DNA of 64,000 nt, from positions 2,976,001 through 3,040,000 of the forward strand of contig OZ281501.1 in NCBI GenBank assembly GCA_965637545.1, written 5' to 3'. The notes under the pieces were generated by a model that had not been told where the DNA came from, made no database searches, and saw only the letters and a program-made list of their open reading frames with translations. Positions 47,801-60,900 of this stretch are shown here, piece by piece. The DNA is from Phallusia mammillata. Taxonomy: Eukaryota. Position 1 is the stretch's first letter, and every line of letters starts with the position of its first letter. The position numbers were made by a program, and so were the translations under genes.

Positions 47801-48734
47801 GTTCTTGGTAACTGCCGATGGCATATCTTCCCTGGTTCATCTCATCTGACCAGGCTGGTGGTGTGGAGTATGGAGCGTAGGATTCACTTCGTAAACCTGT
47901 GAATGTGAAAGGGAATAATGATTTTATGAATCATGTGAAAGTTGTAATCGTGAACGTGAAACAAGTTACATCATGAGAATTAACAATAAACTTTTTTCAA
48001 TCAGAATCGACCGGATATTTTGTGTAAACATGAGATTTATTCATGTGAAAGCATTCATATCACGAAACATGTGGTGTAACGTAATTATCACAAAATGAAA
48101 ATGTGAGCATGTTACGCGGTGTGGGCCTTGAGCTTCCTAAAATATGATCAACTCAAAATATACAACAAACATAAAACAAACAATGTAGGTTCTTACAATT
48201 AATACCTTCACTGTCTGATCCTGCGGTGTTCCTGCCGTTATTCTGTCGGAAGATATTGCCAACCTTTGACGTCAGAAGGGGTTTACCCTTTGCCGTTGGC
48301 TTTCGCTGGTAATAATAGGGCGGTAGAACGTCGGCATTGTTCTCAATTGCCGAGGTCTTAAAGGTGTTTTTCAAGTTCTGTGCATCGACCGAATTGCGTT
48401 CGCGACATTGGCGGGCTCTTGCAAGGGCAGTTCTCAGTCCCCATACGAAAGTCTCAAAGGAAAGAAGGCCATCTGAAGGCGCCACAGAGCGCAGACAATC
48501 CAGGACCCCTGGAAGGTTGGGAACAGCATCATCGCGCCAACGCCTCTCGATTTCTGTAAGAGGGACAAGGCCCACGCCTGCGTCGTCTAAAATGTTAAAT
48601 AGAGTTTTCATTGAGTTGATGAATTGACGGGGAAGACCGTTGATCGAGGAAGGATTGGAGAAATCTTCGCTTCGTGACGTCGGGAGCCTTGAATTTCTGG
48701 CAGCAAAAAAGCTCTCCATGTTCATACTCGCCAT
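35842..48734 (-). CDS. SAPCD2: Suppressor APC domain-containing protein 2-like (~770-784 aa)
   Basis: Exons 48734-48206, 47896-47685, optional 46907-46866, 46675-46038, 45702-45398, 37950-37808, 37185-36919, 36431-36345 and 35973-35842. Recognisable segments: GLPRQFINSMKTLFNILDD...VAPSDGLLSFETFVWGLR; RRDPRRHTVTNGID; LEQEKDLVLQG...GREWF; LREQNHVLTREV...ISQLEHEKSVLVQQLF...SIFI*. Confidence 0.9.
37553..37733. mobile_element. Tigger/pogo-like MITE family (~175 bp), copy 1
   Basis: CAGTAAACC...GTTTACTG TIRs. The shared interior (GAGGTACAAATG...GGTCCAAACGGGTCCGGATTAACC) also occurs at 55414 and ~61010. Confidence 0.8.
40964..41328. mobile_element. hAT MITE (365 bp)
   Basis: TIRs CAGGGGTGGCCAAACT / AGTTTGGCCACCACTG; perfect 8-bp TSD AAGTAAGA. 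Confidence 0.92.
47147..47566. mobile_element. hAT MITE (420 bp)
   Basis: TIRs CAGCGGTTCCCAAAC / GTTTGGAAACCGCTG; perfect 8-bp TSD ATTTATAA. Confidence 0.93.
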
Positions 48735-51700
48735 GGAGATTGAGAATTTTGCTCAACTTAGGTTTTCGCTATTATAATTACTGCAAAATATACAATGTCA
48801 TTTATGTAATCGTTAGCTATAGAATAGTACATATCTAGTGTTATGACAATAAGGTTATGTCAACAAACCGCCAATTTAATCTAAAACGCACAATAATTGT
48901 TCCTTAAGCAATACCTAAAGTACACTTATTGCACTTACCAACATTACAACACACAATTTCTGCCTACATTCATGTCAGTCAAACTAGAGTAAAACGCCAA
49001 CGGCAGAAACACCAGACATGCTTTATAGGTTTGGCACACACCTAAACGACTACGTACACACTTTACCACGCAAATACCGCATTTTTTATGGCGAATGCGG
49101 AACCAAAGTAGACCACACTTCTACCTATAAGTTTTAGAGCCTTTGGTTGTAATTTTTAATACAACCATCAAAATCGGTAATGAAACAGTTTGTTCTACTA
49201 CTGTTAAACGTTCTAACGAAATTACTGAGGCATGTTTTTCGCAAAATTTGACAGAATAATTATATTTACCTACAAATTTTAGTTTAAAAACTTTTATGTA
49301 CTAGCTAAATGAGGTCAGGCCGTTTTTAAACCGCATTTTAATGTCAGAATATTTTAATAACATAGCAGAGACTCAAGGCGCGTGGCTATCTCTTCCAGCT
49401 ATGAAGTCTGGCACCCTAGTTCAATGTTTGATTTGGAAACATCAAGGCACTCGACACTTCGACTTACGCATGTTTGCGTTTCAAGATAAAGTGATAGCCT
49501 GAAAGTGTTCTATGTATAAAGTTGGCGACATATCACATAGTTTTCGAAATAACTAGAACTTAGCTTATTGAATGGCCTTAAAGTCGGTTTGACAGCTAGT
49601 TTTATGCTGGTAAAAACTTGCCATGGATGCTTTTAAGGCTTAAAATTTAAGCGATTAATTTACAAGTTTTATATAAGTTTTTAAACGCTCGTTGGCATTT
49701 TTTGACATACAACAGTGAGGTTTGAGTGCAATAATTGATTTCTAAACCTGTTTCACACTGCATTATCGTGCATTAAAACACATAGTTGGCTGTCTGTTCC
49801 AAAAGGCATCTATTCCCAAACTGTCTACTAAACTAAGCTAGTCGGACGACCCAGTTAACACTTCCTCGCATATGGCTCACAACAGTAAGACTGACAAATC
49901 TGAAATGGCAGCGGTCCTTTATCGGTCGTTCGCAGTATCTGCTAATTGGTTACCAACAGAGGCAAACAGCACGTTACAAATTTGGTGCAAGAAGGAGATA
50001 AAAGGCCATCTGACTGCCCTGCAGACAATTCAATTGCCGAGATAAAAGAACCCCGCTTTGTTGGTCAACAATTACCCTTTGTCTCCACTGACCTGCTTGC
50101 ACCTTGAGCTGCTGAAAAGTAATTAAAATCGGCGTCTAATTTGCACGCAAACTTTTACTTCCGTTAAAGTTTTAAAGCACTCATCATACATCAAACGCAG
50201 TAATACAAATTCGTGTTTACAAGTGGCACAAGTTAAACCAAAGATTGTCACTTGTCAGTTACAAAAAAAGCTTTAACAATGCCTTCCTTTCACAAAGCCG
50301 CCTTAAACACGACTGGCCAGGTTGTGAAGCGTGTTTCAAATTTGAAGCAAGCGCAACCACAGAAAATGCCTGCGTTTTTCGACCTCTTTTTTGCCGGCTT
50401 GCGAAATTCAAATGCCAGTCTCCAGGTCTGGGATACGCTTGACTGCACACGCTGCGCCGCGTAAAAATGCTGCGCCAACTTAAAAGACTTTGACCTCTGG
50501 CTAAAATCAACCCAATCGGCTGCTTTTTTGCATAAATTCCACTCGCCTAATTGATTATAGTGCTTATATTTTAACACAAAACTATTTCCGGCTTAGCGCA
50601 CAAAAATCGGGTTTACTACCGAGATTTTGTTTAACACATTGTGTTCTTGATTATTTTTTTTCACAACTAAACACATATCATAACTTGCTTCTATTTCAAC
50701 GCTTAAACGCGCAAAGTTTATGCTAAACTTGCTCTTTGGTGTAAGAAGCCCTACGTGTAAACCTCTAATGCACTGTTTAGGTACACGACATGAAAATATT
50801 TAGTCTTCATACAGTCAAGTCTGCGGCTTTTATACAGCAATTAACTAATCTGTGTTTGTTTTTGACACAATGACGGTGCGTTTTATGGCACTAAATATGA
50901 CGCGATTGACTTGAGAAATTCTTATTTGTTTAAGGAAGGGCAAATCCTCCCAGCGTACCACAATCTGCTTGCCAGGTAAAAACTAACAAATGCCTGTACA
51001 TGTGAAAAAGTCACTTAACACCTTTGTAATTTGCGTGTTTAAAGTCAAATGGTGTGCCTCTGTGAATGTCTAGTATTAAAAATGCCTTGATGTGATTAAA
51101 TTATATTTAAATGCGTTAAAGTTTTAACTTTTAAGGATTAATTCGTCTTGATTTGCATGAAAAGGGGGCCATATACACACAAAACCTTTCTGTTGAAATT
51201 TTCAAACAGTTGCATGATAACAAAACAAAAAAATACGCATAATGTCAAGGGCATAGCAGCAAAACGCTACAATTGCAGCACACATAACAAAAAATGCACC
51301 GTATAGCACCCTAGAGTCCAGTATAAGCAAATTGAAAAGGGATAATTGACTTAAAACTTACACTACACAACGGCATTTCGATGCTTGAGTGACTTTGAGT
51401 TAATAACAGCGCGTGTGGCGCATGAGCTTAATCCGCCAAATAATCAATTAATTCACGTTTGTCGCAGTGAGTTCCAAATAACAACTAAAGCTGTTAGTGA
51501 ATAGGATTATGAGCCAACCACGGGACTTTAATACTAAACTGCAACACAAACTAAGGATAAAATGCAGATATACTTGTATTTAATCCTAATACTGTGGTGT
51601 AATGATTGCTTAATTATTTACTGCAACTATACTTACATTACACAGTAAATGCTTTAGCACTGTGACAATCTTGGTGTTGAATTTGGTCTGGTTTAAAGCT

Positions 51701-52511
51701 ATATACTTTTCATTACATGTATTTTGCACCGAAACTACCACATACAGCACATAACCGACCACCTTTCTGCAGTTAACCTTGATCTAAACTAATTTTGTGA
51801 AGTTCATTCTAATTTTATAATACCCTACCATGACGTCAACATAACTGAGAGCCACTTCACGTTCAAATGTGGTTGTTTAATTTTGATTCGAATCAAGCTT
51901 TGGCTAAGTTTTAATCGATTAAAACTAGTTTTTAATGAAACATAACAAACATGCTTTTCAGTCATATCCCTAACCGAACTTGTTTCTGTTCAAAATTGCA
52001 GATCACGTGCCTTTACGCATGATTAGGCACACCCCGAAGAACATGCACGAATCCAAATTAAACAATGCTAGGCATGCATTGCCCCCACGGGTATCATTTC
52101 CAGCAAAAACAAGACGACCTTGGGGAACCTTGCCTAATGTACTTGCACCTGCGGCGTTTGGGCCTGAAGTTGAAAACCTTTTGTTTCGCCAGGTGCTACT
52201 TGTTTAGGTCTTCCAGCTGCTGCCGTTTTTGACTTTTAATGTCAATTAAGTCTTGCATGAGGTTCGCAAAACGTTAAAAAGGTATTTGTGACTCTTTTGT
52301 ACGTGTAATAGCATTGTAGGTATAATGTCTGTACTGTATTTATTTCAATAAACAAGCTATTCGATAACTAATTGTTTTGTCACAATCAGGCTTTTCTTTT
52401 GCAACAAAAGATGTTTTCTAATTATACAATAAAAGGCGTTCAATGTTCTATTATAAATAAATACTTTTCGACACAAAAGTCTTTGATCCAATAAAAGCCT
52501 GCAAAGTTGGA

Positions 52512-52608
52512 ACAGTGCGTTTGTTGCAATTCTACTCAAAATTGCCGACAGTGCATTTGAGGCAGTTGTACCCAAAATTGACAACAGTGCATTTGAGGCA
52601 GTTCTACT
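52512..52608. repeat. 36-bp tandem repeat, ~2.7 copies
   Basis: ACAGTGCATTTGAGGCAGTT(G/C)TAC(C/T)CAAAATTG-like units at 52512, 52548 and 52584. Confidence 0.8.
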
Positions 52609-54908
52609 AGATGCAAATCGGCCACAGATAGGAGATAACACACTATTTAAACATTGGCGTTAAATTTCGGAAGTACCATGACCCCCACAAGACGATTAAG
52701 TTATCGTATTGCTGGAATTACTGAGAGCCAGTAAAGTGTGAAATCAGTTAACAGTTGACATTTGCTGCACTCTAGGGTGTTGTATTAATTACCTTTTTAC
52801 AGTCCTAGCCGTAATGTTGACTAATTTGCCGTTCGCGTTCTAGCAATTAGGTTTAAGTTGTAATCACATTGAGATGTTTATGGCTTGTAAGTAAGACATC
52901 GGAATTTTTGGATTTCCTTGTAATATGGGTTTGTCGAAAAGCAGTTTTCGCGGTAATAGTCGTAATGTTAACTTGGACAATGGTTTGCAAACCTTTTATC
53001 CACGACCTTTTTTGTAGAAACAAACTTTTGCAAGCACATTTACCTAATGTCTAAGCCACACAAAAAGGTTCATTTGCGAGGGTCATTTTTATCCCACACA
53101 AATTGACACAAAAACAAATGCTATCCTTTTTTGATGTCTTTTTTTTATCTAAAACAAACTAATTTTGTCGGTTTGGGATGTAGAGAATTAGGATAAGGGT
53201 CCATTTCAGAATGCTGCCCATTGAGCACCAACTGGCATTTTTTCGTTATGGTCGAAGGCCTTTAAAATGTACTAGAGCTGTTGATTTCCAAACTAACGAC
53301 AAAAAGAAAACAAATAATGCAACAAAAACTCGAAAATGACATAACTTGAATTTTATTGTCAGCTTATGAACAGAAATCATTGAGCTGATGAAATAAACGC
53401 ATGAAGTTCACCAGCACAATACAACACGAGAATATAGATAGGAATGATAAATGTACCGCATATTGCACAGAAGCAGCAGAACATATATGGCTTCTGCTTT
53501 TCTAAATTCAAACCCTTTTGCGTCTTTTTATCACGCTTGAAGCGGGTTTCCGAACAAGCTTCGTGCAACCAACCACGAAAAACGTATAAAAATGCGTTTT
53601 GTTGTTATTTCAATCAGTAAATCATTGTTTATAACTATGTTGGTATTGTACATGTTATATAGTAAAGGATTTTAAACAATATAGTGATACAACCGTTGTT
53701 AGATAATGTGTGGCTTAAATTATGCACAAAATAATCACTTTGATAAAAACCAACGCCAGTTATTCTAAAACATATTAAAGTCAGCAACAGAAAAAAATCT
53801 CTCAAATGGAATAGAAATATTGTTACAAATAAAACCATTTTTCCCTTTATTACACAGTGAATTAAAATAAATCATGTTATAAATTTTAAATATTAAACAT
53901 TTTTTTTGCTTCACATTAAGTTGTTTAAATAAAGTGCGACATAAAAAGTTACACCCTTTTCGGTGAGTTTATAAATACTGTCAGTTCAAAATAATAAATG
54001 CTTGTAGTAACAGCGACATCCAGTGACAAAAAAACTTTTGTTAAAATGTTCAGTAGTAAAGTGCCCAAAATCGGTTTCACAAAATGTACAAAGCATGTTT
54101 CATGTAAAATTCATGAGAATTTTGCGGCATTTTTGAAACACTACAGTAGACATCTTGAATAAGCGTATGTAGGTAATGAAATGTTTTGTGAGGAGAATAT
54201 GTTAACAACAATAGAACAACGAATAGAAATTCATTAAAACAGTAACAGTTTGTTTGCGTAAATGCAACTTCATTTAGTGTTAAATAAATTTGAAAGCTTC
54301 ATGTAAATTTTTCTTTTGAAACCATGTAATATTAATTTTTACAGCAAAATCAAAATGCCAAAAGCTACTGCTTACTGTGACTTAACACTGACGTAATAAA
54401 TGACGTTTTATAACGTCACAATTAAGGTGAAATGGTGCTACATTTTTGCGATGATGCTTCGCGTACGTGATGCCGTCATGAATACGAACACCTTAATGAC
54501 GTCACAGTCTTAAACGAATCTGAGTGAAGAATCGAGATAAATGGAGTCAAAACATAGAAATCACATAAAATGACGTCACTATTTTTCAGTTCTACAGTAA
54601 CGACACGCACCGAAGAAAAATGAGATTAAGGGCACCGATTATTTGCTTTTTTGTACTTTTTGTGACGTCACAGACGTACCGGTGGCTTAGCTGTGTGTAT
54701 ATCAGTACAACATTTATAACCGCAAATTTGCAGCCATTGTTATGGTCAAAACGTTAACTGGAACTTAAACACTAATATTGCCATTGTTCGAAAGATTTTG
54801 CACATTAAACTACAGATTTGAAAGATACCTTCCCTCATAGCAGCAAACGTGGAAAAAAACGAAGCAACCCATTAAAATTGAACAAACCATGAACCTCTGA
54901 CGTCAGAG

Positions 54909-57900
54909 TTACGTCACCGTCTGACGTTTAGTGAAAGTCAGGTCTCCAGGTGCTCGTGACGACACAAAGGGATTCGATTGTGACGTAGGAGACGGAAGAG
55001 GGGCGGTCCCTCCACCACTCGTGCTGCTCTCAGACTTTCTTGTAGTAAGACTGGACAAAGTTTTTTGGAACCACGTGTTTTTGGTTGCGTGAAGTTCTTT
55101 CGACACAGATGACATCTGGTGCTCCACGTCCTGTGCAATGAATTTTACGTTTTAAAAACTGAGCAAATATACAAAATGCCGTATCTGGAATTGCAAAGTC
55201 GCCCCCTATGCATAACAACTATTTCGCAGGTTAGCAAAACCAGGTTCACAAAAAGAAGTTTCCAAAGCATCTCCAGGCGACAGAGCGTAGCTTAGAAAAC
55301 CCTAGTCTGCGATGGGATTCGAATCCACGATAGAAACTTTTCTGGGGCTGGCGAAACGTTAAAGTAACTGCGCAGGTTCAGTGTTATGCCTGTCGATCGC
55401 CGGTTCTATATTACAGTAAACCTCGGTTAATCCAGATCTTCGCCTAATTTAGACGAAACTCGAGGTACAAATGATTTGTAATGTGGTAAGGCTTGAACTA
55501 ATCGACATCGGTTCATCCGGATCTTCGCCTAATCCGAACAATTTTTTGGTCCAAACGGGTCCGGATTAACCAAGGTTTACTATATTTATAGACAAAGGAC
55601 GTTCGTTTACATGTCCATTTCTTAGTGTTCGTATTTTGTGAGTAGCTTGTATACTTTACCTGTACTTTGCATTCAGATTCAACCAGTTTAAGTTTGGTTT
55701 GTGCAAGTTCCAACTCAAGATCTCTTATCTGCTTTTGAAGTCGCTCTTTTTCCTCACGTGATCTTCGTTCTGCATCATTGCCCACGCTCGATTCGCTTGA
55801 CTGACCACCATTGACAAGTTGCTCCTGAAAAAAGAAATGAAAAAGCTAAATTGACTGTGACATGTAACGATTTTAATGCACTATTTAATCAAATATTATG
55901 TAAGAATCGTTAATAAGGCATCGTATGAAAACTACTTGTGTTCACACAATTAACACAATCATTATTTAGTTTAATCAAATCCCCAAAAATTTTTCGTCTG
56001 GCAAGCAAATCTAATCATTTTTTCAATTCTAACACACAACATGTTTGTAAAATTAAAATAGATAAGAATTAATACGGTCCTGTTTTTTTATGAAACAGTC
56101 TAAACATTTAACTGTTTCGAAGCGAAAACCTTTATGTTACATTCTATTGTCATTCTATTTAAATAACAAAACTGTTTTAGCAAAACAAAAGTTAGTACTA
56201 TCAGTTTGCGAAGTATAACAAGTTCACAGTGCGTTCACAATTTCCCCAATTTGTACCTTTCTCACTCTCTCTACTTCCTCTTTGTGCATATTCTGTATAT
56301 CCTCAATGCGTTGGCTCAGCTGTGAGCAGATAGTTTTATAATCACTGATGATGTTGGATTTGGCAGTCAGCTCCTCATCCTGACGCGCCATCTCGCGGCG
56401 ACACATTTCCTTAACCTAAAGCAAAAATCAAATCTTTGTTACAGTACCTGAAAATATGGTTTTAGACAAACGCAAGACTACAACAGTGTGGCCTCGATTA
56501 TTTTTACACAGGCATTGGTAAGTTTTTAAAACGTCTATAAAGCAATTGTGACGTGCTTGTGTTTAATTCTTTTTTTTCGTGCACTGTGCTACTCGCATTC
56601 AGTGTTGTATACTGATGAAGGCGACCTGTATAGGACGTCGAAACGCCAGTGCAAAATAAAATTGCTAGAAGATATAAAGTTGATATTATGTCTGGCAGCA
56701 ACAGCTTATGTGTCTATGCTATAAGATGACTTTTATTTCGATGACAGATTTTATTTTGCTGACTTTTCTGTCATTTTAGTTCTTAACCATATCTTCAAGT
56801 TCATGCCCTTTGTACCAAGTGTCATGCAGTTCAAAAGAGAATGTGTTAATTATGTGTAAAAAATAAGCAGGATTAAATAAACAAGTGTTTTTGTGGAAAT
56901 GTCCAATACAAATTATATGACTGCACTAGTCTATACGGCATATTTTGTAACCAGCTGCACTAATGAGACCTTACTGGTCATAATAAAAACTTTACGTTGA
57001 AATACCAGTAGCTTAACCATTGGGTTACCCGAGGACAAAAAGTTAACGTTATGTATTTCAAATACCTATCTATTATGTGTGGCACACAAAGACAACATGT
57101 TAGAAAAAGAGGCTTATAAATAGCCAACGTGTTTTCTATAGGTTTAAATGCCATGCAGCTGTTAAAATAATCTTGTGGTGTAAATTCCAGTACCGACCTG
57201 TTTTGTTTCAACTAATAGCCTCTGATTTTCATCTGTCAACTCCGCTACACTTTCCCTCGTGGCTCGCAAATCCTCGACCGCTGTTTGAAGGTCACGTTGA
57301 AGGTCGTCGGCATGTTGCATGGTCTGGAGGTCAAAAGGTCAACACACGCAATATAATATCAAATAGTTCTACTGCAAGGAATTATTTTTGACAGATAGTG
57401 TTTTTTAAACCTTTTTTTCGTGCCAATAATAAGTCGTTTTGACATTTATTTGTGCGTTTGAATGGTTAAAAAAATCCGGCTTGAGTGGTGTATTTTAGTT
57501 TAAAACCGGTTCTGCTCTTTATTACACATTCTAAACCACAAAAATGCGGCGAATTAAGAAAAACACAGGCCATTACCTTTTCAAGCTGTGTGTGGAGCGT
57601 TAGTTTTGTGGTGTTAAGTTCTTGAGCTAAATCATCGTTTTCCATTTCAAGTCGCATGTTGGCGTCCATCAGGTGTTTGTTCTCACGCTACATACAAAAA
57701 CGTTAGAAGATTCAAAAATCTAAAAAAATAAAATGACAATAGAACAAAAAATCAAGGACAAAGCTTAAAAAGTAAACGCAACCCGCTATATATCACAGTC
57801 AAAGTAACCGAAATACAAAAATAAAATAAAAAAATAAAACAATTTTTGGTACATTTCAGACAAAATCAAAAACCATTTTATTTTAAAGAGGAAAAAAATC

Positions 57901-60900
57901 ACTTTGACGTCATACAAATATGACGTCGTGATATTACCAACACCTTATTCTAGCATGAAAATAAGCAGTTTTTATTACATAACTTGAAATGTTTTATTAT
58001 TTTGTTGTATTCATCCGCATGCATGTTACAGATAAATGGACAAATTCGTTTTTCCATCTTACCTCAATTCTGATCATGGGATCTTCTTCCAATGCCAACT
58101 TCTCTTTCACAACCTGATAATCTTTTTCATATCTTTTCAACTTCTTTGAGTTCACCTGTCAATCAAACACGTCATTACATAATGACGTAAAAAACAACTT
58201 CCTCGATCAAACACTGGGTGAAACCGTAATTATTTAATGACATAAAAAAACTAAATTTTGTTATGACGTCATGCTGGAAAATAACCAATATAACGTCACA
58301 ACGAGCATCACCCAAATGTGACGTCACAAAAGTTGTTTAAATTACGTCACATAAAAAAATAAAAAAGGAATTAATCTCTTACGTCATGACATTGATTTTA
58401 TGACGTCACACGAAAAAGTAAGTACGTTACGCCATTACCTTGACTTGAACAGCGGTTTGTATGAGTAATTTGGTTTGGTCGTCGCTTCGATATTTCTTGG
58501 GAAGCTGAACTCTAAAATATTTGAGTACTCCTTCAAAGTCAAGAGTGAGAAGTTCTTGACGGCAACAGAGCAGAAGTCCAAGTGCAACACGGAAAACGAC
58601 CAGTTCGCCCTGGATAGAAACAAACGTATAAGCAATAGTAAAACACTGTGTCCTTGCTATGACATTGAATAGCTTTTTTTTACAAGGTATTGACCCTTTT
58701 ATTACTTGAAAACTTAAGTGTTATATTCGGTATTTTCTTGTGTATAATTTTCCAAAACAAAAAACGGATTCCAAGGCTGAAGGTTCAAAAAAAGAAACAA
58801 AAGAAAAAGAAACATTTAAAAAAAGAACATTTGTTTGATGAAATTCGCCAAAAGCAAGTATGCAAGCAGAAATGTTTAATCAACTAAAAAAGCATTTTTT
58901 AGTTAAATTAAGATTTTTTGTCACAACACTCCCATACCTCGCTGAGAAAGATATCGACCACTTGGAATACCATGTTCAGCGGAAACTTTGCAGTGAAAAG
59001 AGTTAAGAACCACTGGCTTGAAAACATGTGACACTCTATTGCTAGCTGCTTGAAATGGTCGTGCAGGCTGGGCATTAAATCCTGCACAAAATCAAGATTT
59101 AAGATTAAACCGATTCCAGAAAATAGGGCCGTTGAGAGTTGGCCAGTTGCCAAGAAACCGATTTAATACTCAGATTTATGCAATCACTCATGAAAACTTT
59201 TAAAACCTATTTTATTTAGATTGTATTGCAAAAATACGAATTTTGATTTAGAATTAGATAGTGGTGTTTGTAAGCAAATCCAAATGAAACCCTTTAAATT
59301 CAGTTATGTGGCCATAATGTACAAGTCAAGAAACAATAAAACAGTTTAATTAATAATGCCTTTCTGCCATTGGCAAATAACTGTCGATAAAAATTCCTCG
59401 AAACAAAAAACAATACGGTTCCCGTCAGAAAAGATTTAAAATCACATTACAATAGTTAAAAGCACAAAGCTAGTTTCAAAGCTAAGAGGTCATATTTGTA
59501 AGCCTGATTAACAAAAGGTAATACCTCCATGGCTCGTTCCAGCTGATAGAACTTTGTATGTAAAGCTTCAAAGCCGTTTTTGAACAGATCCCGCATCTTG
59601 TAGTCGTACATGATTTTAATGAGAACACAAAAAGCTTGCTCCTCAGGCATCTAGAAAATATAAGTATAATTTTTGCAAAGCAACATATACTGAAGTGTCC
59701 AAGTGAAAAGTCTGGCCCAAATCAACAAATCCTACACAACCTAATATCGAAGTTTGTAAATCCGGCTAATAGCAAAAACTTTGGCTAGTAGTACAACCAA
59801 CTTGCCAAACGTGTTTATGCAATTAACCTAAAAAGTTTCTTATGTGATTAACCAGGCAAACAAATGGCTGTGGTTGGCTATGATTTACAATTTCTATGCA
59901 TTTAAACGCATAATGCTGTTAACAAATGGCCACCGTTAGGACTTCGTTCCATAAACGATTCATACGATTAAACGGTCTCGTCTGTATGTACAAATCTACT
60001 AAGTAAGAAACTTAACTTACGTGTAAAAGAAGGGCAGCGGCTAGAAATGAGAGACCTTGGCAGTAACCGACTTCTTGGTCGTACACAGAATAAGCTTTGG
60101 ATATGCGGTAGAGAGAATCCTGGCCTAAACCTCCCGTGTCTTTGAAGAAGTCGTGCGCGGGAAATGTGCGATGGATATCCCGCTGAATTATGTTTTCTTG
60201 CGGGGAGTCCTGGCAATGCAATGACAAAGAGTATTACAAGAGAATACGTTGGATAATTTAACTTCAATCAGAAGATGCGGTAAGGGGGGAAATTGTCAAG
60301 GTCGAAATAGTTCTTTTACAAACAGTAAAACAAAAAAAAACGTGTAAGGAGGGAATTTTTTCGAATTACAAAATCCAAGTACATCGAACTTGGTGCAAAA
60401 ATGGAAGCAAATGAGACAAAACTGTAAGTTTATTATATGGTTTCAAATAAAACCTTATCAAACTATCCATCAGGAATAAAAGCGTGCAAAATCTTTTATA
60501 AAACTTAAATGTTGTAAAATGAAAAAAAAAAACGTCTCATTTAATATGCTTTTACAATGAAATAAAAACGAATTTTAACATTACGAAGAGTTACCACATC
60601 ATTTTTGTAAGTTGTTCTCAAATTAAGACTTCAAAAAAAAACTTTCTGTGAGTTTTTAAAATCTGAAAGTGTGCCCCATGGCCTTTCATACCTTAACAAT
60701 GAGATTGCGATATTTCTCTAACATGGCGTCGTTGTCATGACAACCGGCCAGCAGTTGCCAGACCTCGCCCCTCAGTGCATCCGGGACACCTCCGGCACGG
60801 ACCAGTGAACGGAGTCCAGCGGGTCGCCTGGACAGGTCAGCATGCCACCGGGACAGAGCGTCACCCCAATCGGACAAAACCCTCTCGGAACATTCACGAT

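Noticed and set aside
48800-54900. Short ORFs in the SAPCD2-RABGAP1 intergenic region (e.g. 50245-50577, 51980-52207, 52357-52641)
   Set aside because: No splice-phase chains or motifs; the 52357 ORF is explained by a 36-bp tandem repeat.
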